Below are positions 1 through 8,090 of a stretch of DNA of 32,000 nucleotides, piece by piece. The notes beneath the pieces were generated by a model. That model worked only from the letters and a program-made list of their open reading frames with translations. It was not told where the DNA came from and did not search any database. The first letter of the stretch is position 1. Every line of letters begins with the position of its first letter. Made by a program: the position numbers and the translations under genes. Source of the stretch: Candidatus Saccharimonadota bacterium (GTDB lineage: Bacteria; Patescibacteriota; Microgenomatia; UBA1406; GWC2-37-13); assembly GCA_016699265.1 (NCBI GenBank), contig CP064967.1, positions 870,001 to 902,000 on the forward strand, in the 5' to 3' direction.

Positions 1-1609
1 TTTGAATTTTTTTATTTGTTTTCGTGTCTTTTGGTTTCCGGACAGCGATCAAATCTCCTTTAATCGTACCCTCTACCCCTACTCCCTCTACCTCCTTAAA
101 ATTTGTTACCCCAAGTAGTTTGACTCCCTGTTTCTTTGTGCGCTCCAGTATTGCCTGAGCTAGAGGATGAGAGGATTTTGATTCGACGCTTGAGGCAATT
201 TGGAGTAAGTAGCTTTTAGATATTTCTTTCGTAAACGGTACGACGTCCGTAACCTCAGGTCTTCCATTTGTGATCGTTCCGGTCTTGTCCATGACAACCG
301 TATTTATGCTTTTTAGTTTTTCCAGGCTTTCTGCATTTTTAATCAAAATACCATTTTCCGCTCCCTTTCCCACGCCCACGATGAGAGCTGTTGGTGTCGC
401 AAGTCCAAGAGCACACGGGCAGGCAATTACCAAAACTCCAACCATACAAACTAATCCAAAGGACAAAGCGCTCGAAAAACCAATGAAAGCTATCCCGATG
501 GTTATCCATGCAATAAAGGTACTGGCAGCAACAACCAGAACTACTGGCACAAAAACCGAAGAAACATTGTCTACAAGGTTCTGTATGGGAGCCCGTGAAC
601 CTTGGGCCTCCTCCACCATCTTAACGATCTGCGCAAGAATTGTAGCGGATCCAACTTTTGTTGCGGTAAATAGAAAATGACCTTGTCTGTTCATCGTTGA
701 GCCAATAACCGTATCTCCCACACGCTTATCGATCGGCATGGACTCACCGCTTATCATTGACTCATCAACTGAGGAACTTCCCTCTGTGATGGTACCGTCA
801 ACCGGTATCTTAGTGCCTGGTTTCACAACGACTATGTCGCCAACCACAACCTCGGCTAACGGAATTTCTACCTCAACTTCTTTTCTTAATACGAGTGCGG
901 TTTTTGCCTGAAGATTGATAAGTTTTTTAATAGCTTCGCCTGTTCTCAACTTCGATCTTGCCTCTAAGTATTTCCCAAGAGTAATGAAACCGATGACGAT
1001 TATGGTTACGTCATAATATGTATGCTTCACATCTATAAAAGCTCCGAGTGGACCTTCAAAAGCAGTAACGATAAAGCTGTAAATATAAGCCGCAAGAGTC
1101 CCGACTCCTACCAAAGTGTCCATATTTGCAGCACGGTACTTTATGAAGTTCCAGACACCCTTAAGATACGGAACACCGACCACGAACAACGCATATGTTG
1201 CAAATAGAGGAAGGAGGTGATGAAAAAATTCTTCAGTTACCATCGGCATTTCTGACCACAGGCCAAATGGTTTCGCTCCTATCTCCCACCCCATAACAAG
1301 TACACTTACGGCCATGATAGGCAGCATAGTGAATATCTGAAATCTTTGTCTCAGCAAATCGTTGTGAGATGAGCCATCTGACATCCGATGTTCGTTATCA
1401 ACAAATTGGTATCCGATCTTACTTATCTCCTCGTTCATTCGAATAACAGAAACGAGATGTGGATCGAAACTAACTCTTGCTTTCTCATTCGTGTAATTTA
1501 CGTCGCATGCTTTCACGCCGTTGAGTTTGCTTATTTTTCTCTTTATGATGGAGCTGCAGCTGGCACAGTGCATTCCTCTCACCTCGAATGTTTTTTGCTC
1601 TATAGACAT
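1..1609 (-). CDS. copA: Copper/heavy-metal translocating P-type (P1B) ATPase, N-terminal ~536 codons; the 3' end runs off the left edge of the window
   Basis: Absent from the supplied ORF track because no stop lies inside the window. My own minus-strand translation from the ATG at 1609-1607 gives [20 protein letters not shown] (HMA GMxCxxC motif), [14 protein letters not shown] (CPC motif, ~391-431) and [10 protein letters not shown] (DKTGT phosphorylation motif, 271-298). The frame stays open to position 2. Confidence 0.9.
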   Translation of the reverse strand, partial: MSIEQKTFEVRGMHCASCSSIIKRKISKLNGVKACDVNYTNEKARVSFDPHLVSVIRMNEEISKIGYQFVDNEHRMSDGSSHNDLLRQRFQIFTMLPIMAVSVLVMGWEIGAKPFGLWSEMPMVTEEFFHHLLPLFATYALFVVGVPYLKGVWNFIKYRAANMDTLVGVGTLAAYIYSFIVTAFEGPLGAFIDVKHTYYDVTIIVIGFITLGKYLEARSKLRTGEAIKKLINLQAKTALVLRKEVEVEIPLAEVVVGDIVVVKPGTKIPVDGTITEGSSSVDESMISGESMPIDKRVGDTVIGSTMNRQGHFLFTATKVGSATILAQIVKMVEEAQGSRAPIQNLVDNVSSVFVPVVLVVAASTFIAWITIGIAFIGFSSALSFGLVCMVGVLVIACPCALGLATPTALIVGVGKGAENGILIKNAESLEKLKSINTVVMDKTGTITNGRPEVTDVVPFTKEISKSYLLQIASSVESKSSHPLAQAILERTKKQGVKLLGVTNFKEVEGVGVEGTIKGDLIAVRKPKDTKTNKKIQ

Positions 1610-1613
1610 AGCG

Positions 1614-1886
1614 TTACCTCTTTTTCTTAAAGACCTCCATAATTTCTTCGATAGATTTATCAGCCTTCCCACTCTTTATGGCATTCGCAACGCAGGTTTT
1701 GAGATGATTCTCAAGTAGTAGATTCCCGGTTTCCTTGAGTCCCGCCTCAACCGCTATCAGTTGGTGCATGATGTCTATACAGTATGTATCATCCTCAAGC
1801 ATCGAAATTATCTTATCCAGATGACCCCGTGAAATCTTGAGACGATGCGCAATTCTTTCTTTTGTATTTTTTGGTTTATATGTCAT
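1614..1886 (-). CDS. csoR: CsoR-family copper-sensing transcriptional repressor
   Basis: 90-aa ORF with the typical CsoR/DUF156 layout ([12 protein letters not shown]..., YCIDIMHQ..., C-terminal TC) supplying Cys/His/Cys ligand positions. Its stop lies 4 nt upstream of the copA start on the same strand. Confidence 0.85.
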   Translation of the reverse strand: MTYKPKNTKERIAHRLKISRGHLDKIISMLEDDTYCIDIMHQLIAVEAGLKETGNLLLENHLKTCVANAIKSGKADKSIEEIMEVFKKKR

Positions 1887-1905
1887 ATATTTATAAGACT
1901 TGAAG

Positions 1906-1926
1906 ATACCCCCCCCATAGGGATAT
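1906..1926 (-). promoter_or_regulatory. Candidate CsoR operator (C/G-tract pseudo-palindrome)
   Basis: The minus strand reads ATATCCCTATGGGGGGGGTAT, 20-40 nt upstream of the csoR ATG. It resembles the TACCC...GGGGGTA-type G/C-tract operators described for CsoR regulators (from memory, not searched). Confidence 0.4.
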
Positions 1927-1966
1927 GGTACACCTACTTTTTTCCACCTGCAAGTTCAACTGTTTG

Positions 1967-1972
1967 TATAAT
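1967..1972 (+). promoter_or_regulatory. -10 box TATAAT, 6 nt upstream of the ATG at 1979
   Basis: Exact TATAAT followed by gtatgt then ATG. No Shine-Dalgarno sequence. Confidence 0.5.
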
Positions 1973-1978
1973 GTATGT

Positions 1979-2311
1979 ATGATTGCCTACGAAGACTTTG
2001 AGAAAGTAGATATCAGAGTTGGCAAAGTAATCTCCGTTGAGGACTATCCCCAAGCACGCAAACCTTCCTACAAACTAGAGATAGATCTCGGACCTGCAAT
2101 AGGAATTAAAAAATCCGTTGGACAATTTGTAGCAAACTACACAAAAGATGAGCTGATGAATAAACTCGTAGCCTGCGTTGTAAACTTTCCGCCCCGTCAG
2201 ATCGGTCGAGCAGTCTCCGAGGTCCTTACCCTCGGTTTTGCCGATGAAAATGGCAACCCAACCTTAATAACACCAACCAGAAACGTGCCGCTCGGAGGAA
2301 AACTTTACTAG
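1979..2311 (+). CDS. csaA: tRNA-binding domain protein (CsaA/EMAP-like)
   Basis: MIAYEDFEKVDIRVGKVISVEDYPQARKPSYKLEIDLG...VVNFPPRQIG matches the CsaA-type OB-fold tRNA-binding domain. I chose the internal ATG at 1979 (110 aa) over the track start at 1925 because of the TATAAT-N6-ATG context and typical family length. Confidence 0.75.
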   Translation: MIAYEDFEKVDIRVGKVISVEDYPQARKPSYKLEIDLGPAIGIKKSVGQFVANYTKDELMNKLVACVVNFPPRQIGRAVSEVLTLGFADENGNPTLITPTRNVPLGGKLY

Positions 2312-2331
2312 TGATATAATTCAGACTCATT

Positions 2332-4218
2332 ATGACCACGCCAACTGAAGCGAAACGAGAACCCAATCCAGAAAAACTCCATCCCCATAAACGTATCTGC
2401 GCAATTCTTGATACTGGCGCACAGTACGGAAAGGTTGTAGATCGGAGAGTCAGAGAAGATGCCGTTGAGACGGTCATTCTTCCGCTGTCGACTCCATGGG
2501 AACAACTAAAAGAATATGGTGCAATCATTCTTCCCGGAGGTCCAGATGACGTGACGAAAAATGATGCTGTACTCTGTGACCCGCGCATCTTTACCGAAGA
2601 ACACGATGTTCCGGTACTTGGAATCTGTCTGGGAATGCACCTTATGACACAGGCTCTTGGAGGGAAACTTGAAAGACTTCCCACAAGAGAAGATGGTCAG
2701 GCAACTATAACTATGGATGGAAATTCGCCATTAATGAACGGTCTTGAGAATTACCAAGAGGTTCTTCTTACTCATGGCGTAAGCGTAACCAAGCCAGCTC
2801 CTGACTTTAAGGTAACTGCACACTCGGAAGATATCATTGCCGCGGTTGAGCATACCAAGCGGAAGTTCTTTGGAGTACAGTTCCATCCCGAAGTAGATCT
2901 CACGGTTCATGGTAAAGAGATGATTCACAACTTTCTCTACGATGTCGCAGGTTTTGAAGGCGACTTCACCATTGAGGACCGTGAAGAGGCGGCGATCAAG
3001 GCAATACGAGAACAGGTCGGGACGAGTCCTGTATCGCTTTTGGTTAGTGGCGGAGTTGACTCAACAGTACTTGCAGCTCTTCTGGCAAAAGCACTACCAC
3101 CAGAACAGATCCATGCATTCCATTTTGATAACGGCTTTATGCGCAAGGATGAGAGTAAAAAAGTAAAAGAAGCGCTTGAAAAAATCGGCCTTAATCTTGA
3201 GGTAATCGACGCCTCAAATGATTTTTATAACGCAATCGGCAACTCTATTGATCCTGAGTTTAAGAGGAAGACCATTGGTGATGTTTTTTTGACGAAGGCA
3301 CGTCAGCTGATGATAGACCGAGGATTTAATTCTGATGAAGTTTTTTTTGCTCAAGGAACATTACGACCAGATCTTATCGAGAGCGCCTCATCTGCGGCGA
3401 GTAGTAAAGCGGATGGTATAAAGACACATCATAATGACTCTCCACTTGCACGTGAGTTTCGAGCAGCAGGTAGACTCGTTGAGCCACTTCAAGAGCTCCA
3501 TAAAGACGAGGTGCGAGAGCTTGGAGCGAAACTTGGCCTACCAACTGAAATCGTCTGGAGACAGCCATTTCCAGGACCTGGACTTGCTATTAGAATTATT
3601 GGCTCCGATCACGTATATGGCGTTCCGAATCCTCATACCCTCAATCAATTAAGGCCGTTTACAACCAGTGATATCCAGGCAACGTTGCTCCCGGTAAAGA
3701 CGGTGGGGGTACAGGGCGATGAACGAAGTTATAAACACACGGTAGCATTGAGTGGAGATCAAAATTGGGAGGAGCTAAAGAAACTCGCACTGGCCATTCC
3801 TCGTAAGGCGCATGATGTGAATAGAGTTCTTTATGTTTTTGGAGATAAACTTCAGAAGGAGGCGGAAACGGGACTGACCAAGACACATCTTGAGCCAGAT
3901 ACAATTCGCCAGTTACAGGAAGCTGACGAAATCGTAAACCAGACTCTTCTTAAATATGATCTTGTCCGAAAATTAAGTCAGGTTCCGGTCATACTTCATC
4001 CAACTGATTTTGGCGAAGAGGGTAAACGAACCATTGTTATTCGAACATTTATCACCAATGATTTTATGACCGGTGTTGCCGCTATTCCGGGCACTGAGTA
4101 CATGCCATTAGAGGCGCTCAAAGAGATGGTTGATCGCATCATGGCAGAGGTTCCGGGTATTGCTCGTGTCGCCTACGACCTAACCTCAAAACCACCAGGG
4201 ACAACAGAACACGAATAG
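2332..4218 (+). CDS. guaA: GMP synthase (glutamine-hydrolysing), long eukaryote-like form
   Basis: 628 aa. GATase Cys motif VLGICLGMH, QFHPEV, PP-loop SGGVDSTV, GTLRPDLIESAS, HHND, PFPGPGLAIR, VGVQGDERSY, and C-terminal DLTSKPPGTTEHE. Confidence 0.95.
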   Translation: MTTPTEAKREPNPEKLHPHKRICAILDTGAQYGKVVDRRVREDAVETVILPLSTPWEQLKEYGAIILPGGPDDVTKNDAVLCDPRIFTEEHDVPVLGICLGMHLMTQALGGKLERLPTREDGQATITMDGNSPLMNGLENYQEVLLTHGVSVTKPAPDFKVTAHSEDIIAAVEHTKRKFFGVQFHPEVDLTVHGKEMIHNFLYDVAGFEGDFTIEDREEAAIKAIREQVGTSPVSLLVSGGVDSTVLAALLAKALPPEQIHAFHFDNGFMRKDESKKVKEALEKIGLNLEVIDASNDFYNAIGNSIDPEFKRKTIGDVFLTKARQLMIDRGFNSDEVFFAQGTLRPDLIESASSAASSKADGIKTHHNDSPLAREFRAAGRLVEPLQELHKDEVRELGAKLGLPTEIVWRQPFPGPGLAIRIIGSDHVYGVPNPHTLNQLRPFTTSDIQATLLPVKTVGVQGDERSYKHTVALSGDQNWEELKKLALAIPRKAHDVNRVLYVFGDKLQKEAETGLTKTHLEPDTIRQLQEADEIVNQTLLKYDLVRKLSQVPVILHPTDFGEEGKRTIVIRTFITNDFMTGVAAIPGTEYMPLEALKEMVDRIMAEVPGIARVAYDLTSKPPGTTEHE

Positions 4219-4234
4219 GTTACAATATTTTCAT

Positions 4235-4591
4235 ATGTTAAAACTAAACTCAATCATGCTCGGTTCTGAAAATGCGAAGGCTCTGGCTGAATTTTATGAA
4301 AAGGTTCTGGAGAAAAAACCAGATATGGAGGAAGAAGGTTGGTATGGATGGAACACGGGAAGTTGTTTCTTTGCGATCGGTGATCACTCAGAGGTAAAGG
4401 GATCCTCAAAGAATCCTGAGCGTATTTTGTACACCTTCGAGACCGCAGAAGTTCAAAAAGAATTTGACCGCTTGGTTAAAGAAGGCGCCAAGGCAGTAAA
4501 GGAACCCTATGAAATGGGTGAAGGCTTCATCGCGACACTCGCTGATCCTGAAGGGAACTTCTTTCAGCTCATGACTCCCTGGAAAGAGTAA
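4235..4591 (+). CDS. VOC/glyoxalase-bleomycin-resistance family protein
   Basis: 118 aa with the pattern typical of small VOC proteins (LGSENAKALAEFYEKVL..., ATLADPEGNFFQLM). Confidence 0.65.
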   Translation: MLKLNSIMLGSENAKALAEFYEKVLEKKPDMEEEGWYGWNTGSCFFAIGDHSEVKGSSKNPERILYTFETAEVQKEFDRLVKEGAKAVKEPYEMGEGFIATLADPEGNFFQLMTPWKE

Positions 4592-5167
4592 CTAAAACGG
4601 GAGCGTTAGATAGGAATGATCGTCCTTATCGGGCGTGAGGTAGTGCTTCCAGTTTGTGGGAATACTCACCTTCCCTCTTTCATTGAGGTAAATAATTTCG
4701 TTGTGCTCTGCGCCGTAGTCAAATAATTCCTTAGTTAACATAACGTCGTCCATACAGTAACTTCTCAATTGCTCGATTTTACCCTCGCGGAAGTACTCGA
4801 TCGCAAGGAGTCCATGTCCAGACTTTCGTTTATTTAAGGTCCCATGGACCATATCATTTAGCGATAACCTTCTACCTATCGTGTCCTTTATGTAGTCGAG
4901 AATATCGAAGGTTTTGAAGTTTGTAACCTTTCCTGGATAGTATGGTTGCAATACTGGTAGATCGAAACTATTTATATTGAATCCGACAACCAAACTTGCG
5001 TTCTCAAGAAGAGGAAAAGCTTTGCCCAACTCATGCTCCTCGAATGAATACTGTTTTTGATCAGCATAGTTATAAAGACCAAGCATCGAAACACCAAGGT
5101 CTTTATTATCCTTTACCTCTCTGAATGTTTTTTTTGTTTCCAAATCAATAACGACGGGCGCGCTCAT
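4592..5167 (-). CDS. DEDD-type 3'-5' exonuclease / RNase H-fold protein
   Basis: 191 aa. Exo motifs VIDLET, GFNINSFDLPVL and H(x)nDD (GHGLLAIEY...CMDDV). Confidence 0.6.
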   Translation of the reverse strand: MSAPVVIDLETKKTFREVKDNKDLGVSMLGLYNYADQKQYSFEEHELGKAFPLLENASLVVGFNINSFDLPVLQPYYPGKVTNFKTFDILDYIKDTIGRRLSLNDMVHGTLNKRKSGHGLLAIEYFREGKIEQLRSYCMDDVMLTKELFDYGAEHNEIIYLNERGKVSIPTNWKHYLTPDKDDHSYLTLPF

Positions 5168-5182
5168 ATAAATTCGTGTAGA

Positions 5183-5599
5183 TTAATTAACTTTTCGCTT
5201 GCGAGGAGTCTCTCTGAATACCTCCATCTCAAGGACGTTTGTCGAGTCTAACTGTTCGTTGTTCACTAGTTTTAAAAGTCCCAAATCTTTTTGAAACTTA
5301 TCGTGAACCGACTCAAAGAACTTCAAAAATAATTTTCTGTCTTTAGACTTCAGGAGATTTTCTTTTTCTCTATATAATTGATCTAGCTTTCCTAGATTCC
5401 AAATCATCTCAATGAGCTTACTATCCATTCCATTTATTACCGAAAAGTCGCCGGAAAGAGGTCGTATCTTGAAGTTCATCATCTTGATCTCATCCATCAT
5501 GATGTCGAGTGATGGCTTATTTGCCATGACAGTTTTCTGGTAGTAACTAAGGAGGCTGATGACATCTTCTCTCTTATCGTTTTTGCCGATTGCCTTCAT
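5183..5599 (-). CDS. Hypothetical protein
   Basis: Open frame with no recognisable motifs. The start was moved to the ATG at 5599 (MKAIGKNDK...), so it does not overlap the divergent yqeY-like gene. Confidence 0.45.
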   Translation of the reverse strand: MKAIGKNDKREDVISLLSYYQKTVMANKPSLDIMMDEIKMMNFKIRPLSGDFSVINGMDSKLIEMIWNLGKLDQLYREKENLLKSKDRKLFLKFFESVHDKFQKDLGLLKLVNNEQLDSTNVLEMEVFRETPRKRKVN

Positions 5600-5604
5600 A
5601 GTGG

Positions 5605-5610
5605 TATAAT
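5605..5610 (+). promoter_or_regulatory. -10 box TATAAT (with upstream TGG), 6 nt upstream of the ATG at 5617
   Basis: gtggTATAATtatggtATG. It lies within a 17-bp divergent intergenic gap. Confidence 0.5.
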
Positions 5611-5616
5611 TATGGT

Positions 5617-6057
5617 ATGCTACGACAGAAATTGCAAGACGATCAGCTAAACGCACTTAAGACGGGAAACAAAGAAGTTCTAGAGATTCTCCGCTTCGTA
5701 ATCGCAAAAATAAAGAATCAGGAGATTGAAAAGAAGACCGAGCTTACTGATGAGGAAACCGTTGCAGTACTCAAGAAAGTAGTTCGAGAGCTAAATGAGT
5801 CAAAAGATGCTGCGGTCAAGGCAGTCCGACAAGATTTAATTGAACAAAACGAGAAACAAATCTCAATAATTTCACCTTATTTACCTCAGGAGCTTTCCGA
5901 TGAAGCGCTTGAAAAAGAAATTCAAACCGTGCTAGACAACAACAAAGAGTTATTCGATACGAATAAAAAAGCAATTATAGGAATCTGCATGAAGGAACTT
6001 CGATCTAAGGCTGACGGAACAAGAATTATGAAGCTTCTTCAACCTCACCTCGCCTAA
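5617..6057 (+). CDS. yqeY: GatB/YqeY domain-containing protein
   Basis: 146 aa. MLRQKLQDDQLNALKTGNKEVLEILRFVIAKIKNQEIEK... is typical of the YqeY family. Confidence 0.85.
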   Translation: MLRQKLQDDQLNALKTGNKEVLEILRFVIAKIKNQEIEKKTELTDEETVAVLKKVVRELNESKDAAVKAVRQDLIEQNEKQISIISPYLPQELSDEALEKEIQTVLDNNKELFDTNKKAIIGICMKELRSKADGTRIMKLLQPHLA

Positions 6058-6074
6058 GTCTTGACGAAGGCGGT

Positions 6075-6080
6075 TATAAT
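6075..6080 (+). promoter_or_regulatory. -10 box TATAAT, 6 nt upstream of the ATG at 6087
   Basis: cggtTATAATtaggtcATG. Confidence 0.5.
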
Positions 6081-6086
6081 TAGGTC

Positions 6087-6425
6087 ATGCAATTAGCTAG
6101 GCGGATCCTGTACATAATTATCGTTTTGTTTCTTTTCTTCTCGCTTACAAAAAATCTCTTCGATTATGGAAACTCCGTTCAATTCTATGAGAGCTATAAG
6201 AAAGACTTTGAGGAGCAAAAAAAGAAAAATCTGACCATAAAAACAAATATTTTAAAATCAAAAGACCCTAATGAACTCGAAAGAACTATTAGGAATAAAT
6301 TAAATCTAACTAAAGAGGGAGAGGTCGCGATTATCGTACCGGAGCCGACTGTGGTACCAACTACCCCAACTCCGCCTCCTCTACCAAACTACCGAAGATG
6401 GTGGAATGTTTTTTTTGGAGGTTGA
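6087..6425 (+). CDS. Septum formation initiator family protein (FtsB/DivIC-like)
   Basis: 112 aa with an N-terminal TM helix, a K/E-rich coiled-coil stretch, then DPNELERTIRNKLNLTKEGE, resembling the DivIC/FtsB C-terminal motif. Confidence 0.6.
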   Translation: MQLARRILYIIIVLFLFFSLTKNLFDYGNSVQFYESYKKDFEEQKKKNLTIKTNILKSKDPNELERTIRNKLNLTKEGEVAIIVPEPTVVPTTPTPPPLPNYRRWWNVFFGG

Positions 6426-6429
6426 AGTG

Positions 6430-6500
6430 TTACGGGGCCGGGAGTTGAACCACGGCCTAGGAGATTATGAGCCTCCTGTGCAACCGTACACTACCCCGTA
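6430..6500 (-). tRNA. tRNA with anticodon CAT (Met, or Ile2 if lysidinylated); atypical T-stem
   Basis: Hand-folded from the reverse complement. Acceptor TACGGGG/CCCCGTA (7 bp); D-arm GTGT-ACGGTT-GCAC; anticodon arm GGAGG-CTCATAA-TCTCC. The T-arm is CCG(T)GG-TTCAACT-CCCGG with one bulged base; discriminator A; no encoded CCA. Confidence 0.7.
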
Positions 6501-6568
6501 TATCACGACAAGTAGAAACCAGAGAAGAACGTACCTCTATTATATCCTACTATCCAGCTCTTATCAAT

Positions 6569-6574
6569 TATAAT
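6569..6574 (+). promoter_or_regulatory. -10 box TATAAT, 6 nt upstream of the ATG at 6581
   Basis: caatTATAATgaacctATG. Confidence 0.5.
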
Positions 6575-6580
6575 GAACCT

Positions 6581-7522
6581 ATGAAGCAAGATTTTCTCCT
6601 ATCCCTTATCATTCCGGTCTACAACGAAGAAAGTAATATAACGCCTCTTCTCAACAAACTGCTTCCACTTCTCAAACCATATCGATATGAAATTCTATTT
6701 GTGAACGATGGTTCAATTGATGAAACCTCAAAAGAAATTCAAAAACACACAAAAGATAAGTCTATAAAATATATAGAGTTTAACCGAAACTTCGGACACC
6801 AAATGGCTCTTTCGTGCGGCTACGCTATGGCAAATGGCGATGCCGTTATTTCGATGGATGCAGATCTTCAGGATCCGCCTGAAGTAATAGGAGAAATGGT
6901 GGAGGCGTGGCAGAAAGGATCTCTGATCGTATATGCGCAACGAGCAGAACGTGACGTAGACTCCGCCTTCAAACGCTGGTCTGCGCGACAGTTCTATAAT
7001 TTCATTAATTCCCTTTCAGACACACCCATTCCTCGGGACGTTGGGGACTTTCGATTACTAGACCGACAGGTTGTTGAGTATTTAAATGAACTTCCTGAGC
7101 AATCCCGATTTTACCGAGGACTCGTTGCATGGGGTGGATTTCCCTCATCATGTATACAGTTCCGACGAGAGGCGCGATTCAGTGGTAAGACCCACTACAC
7201 GTTCTCAAAGATGGCCAACTTTGCCCTCGATGGCATCACGTCCTTTTCAACCAAACCACTTCGAATGGCGACGCTTGTAGGATTCTGGACTGCTGTAATT
7301 GGTTTTCTCGGAATTATTTATGCCTTAGTTGGTAGATTTTTGCATCCCGCTTTCTTCCCTCAGGAATGGGTAACTGGTTGGACCGGACTATTTGTTGCAA
7401 TTATGTTTCTTGGTGGAATTCAGTTAGTGACCATAGGGATAATCGGTGAGTATATAGGCAAGATTTATACTCAGGTCCAGCAACGTCCCAGATATATCAT
7501 CAAAGAAAAAATAAATGTATGA
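6581..7522 (+). CDS. Family 2 glycosyltransferase (polyprenyl-phosphate sugar transferase type, with C-terminal TM helices)
   Basis: LIIPVYNEE, FVNDGSIDET, DADLQDPPE (DxD) and two C-terminal TM helices. The track start at 6467 overlaps the tRNA, so the ATG at 6581 is preferred. Confidence 0.85.
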   Translation: MKQDFLLSLIIPVYNEESNITPLLNKLLPLLKPYRYEILFVNDGSIDETSKEIQKHTKDKSIKYIEFNRNFGHQMALSCGYAMANGDAVISMDADLQDPPEVIGEMVEAWQKGSLIVYAQRAERDVDSAFKRWSARQFYNFINSLSDTPIPRDVGDFRLLDRQVVEYLNELPEQSRFYRGLVAWGGFPSSCIQFRREARFSGKTHYTFSKMANFALDGITSFSTKPLRMATLVGFWTAVIGFLGIIYALVGRFLHPAFFPQEWVTGWTGLFVAIMFLGGIQLVTIGIIGEYIGKIYTQVQQRPRYIIKEKINV

Positions 7523-7668
7523 AGATTGTGGGGACCTTCTTAATAGTTGTGGGTTTAGGACTTTTGCTTTTTATCGTGTATAGCTACTTTAAAGATACAA
7601 GTCGTACGCTTTCTCCAGTGCCAGACGACCAAGGCGTGAAGGTCATATTCGTAACTCCCACTCCATAA
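7519..7668 (+). CDS. Possible 49-aa single-TM mini-protein, ATGA-coupled to the GT2 gene
   Basis: My own translation is MKIVGTFLIVVGLGLLLFIVYSYFKDTSRTLSPVPDDQGVKVIFVTPTP*. It falls below the ORF-track size cutoff. Its ATG overlaps the GT2 stop codon (ATGA). Confidence 0.4.
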   Translation: MKIVGTFLIVVGLGLLLFIVYSYFKDTSRTLSPVPDDQGVKVIFVTPTP

Positions 7669-7739
7669 GTCGTGTATCGCAATTCGTAGATCGCAAGGAA
7701 CTTGGGTTACGCTCTCTACGATTCTCGCGTTTCGCGACT

Positions 7740-8087
7740 TTACTGCTCAAGATTAAGCTGAAAGAGAGTTCCTGCTCCGCCAAGGAACAAGATATCAATG
7801 ACCTTAATGATCAGGAATGAGGCAAGAAAAAGAACGAATCCAACTATGGCATAACGAAGTGTGGCCTGTGCCTTCTTCAACTTTCCCGGATCTCCAAATG
7901 AGGTGAGATACTGAAATGCTCCTACCACAATCATAATAAAAAGAAGAAAAACTATAAGGGTTGAGGCCATAAAAATTATGTTTCCGAAAACTACCTCAAA
8001 ACATTTTAATGTAGGGACACCATCGACCACACAATTACCCCATTCTTGAATTCCCTGCGCATACACTGGCGAAGCTAGTCCAAACAT
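7740..8087 (-). CDS. Small two-TM protein, TrbC/VirB2- or T4SS-pilin-like
   Basis: 115 aa with two hydrophobic helices flanking the loop QYLTSFGDPGKLKKAQATLRYAIVG. It is a paralogue of the upstream gene and has a Cys pair in the N-terminal part. Confidence 0.5.
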   Translation of the reverse strand: MFGLASPVYAQGIQEWGNCVVDGVPTLKCFEVVFGNIIFMASTLIVFLLFIMIVVGAFQYLTSFGDPGKLKKAQATLRYAIVGFVLFLASFLIIKVIDILFLGGAGTLFQLNLEQ

Positions 8088-8090
8088 AGA

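Noticed and set aside
270-1718. Plus-strand ORFs 270-680, 1022-1207, 1388-1630 and 1521-1718 from the ORF track
   Set aside because: They lie antisense to or overlapping the clearly recognisable copA (HMA, CPC and DKTGT motifs) and csoR genes on the minus strand. Their translations are low-complexity with no motifs.
2226-3904. Minus-strand and alternate-frame ORFs inside guaA (for example 2226-2684, 2937-3146, 3659-3904)
   Set aside because: They lie entirely within the strongly conserved GMP synthase frame and are shadow ORFs.
6467-6580. 5' extension of the GT2 ORF (and similar extensions at 1925, 14087, 16221, 22828, 23940 and 26911)
   Set aside because: The extension at 6467 overlaps the tRNA gene. 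In every case an internal start is preceded by a -10 box at 6-9 nt and yields the family-typical N-terminus.
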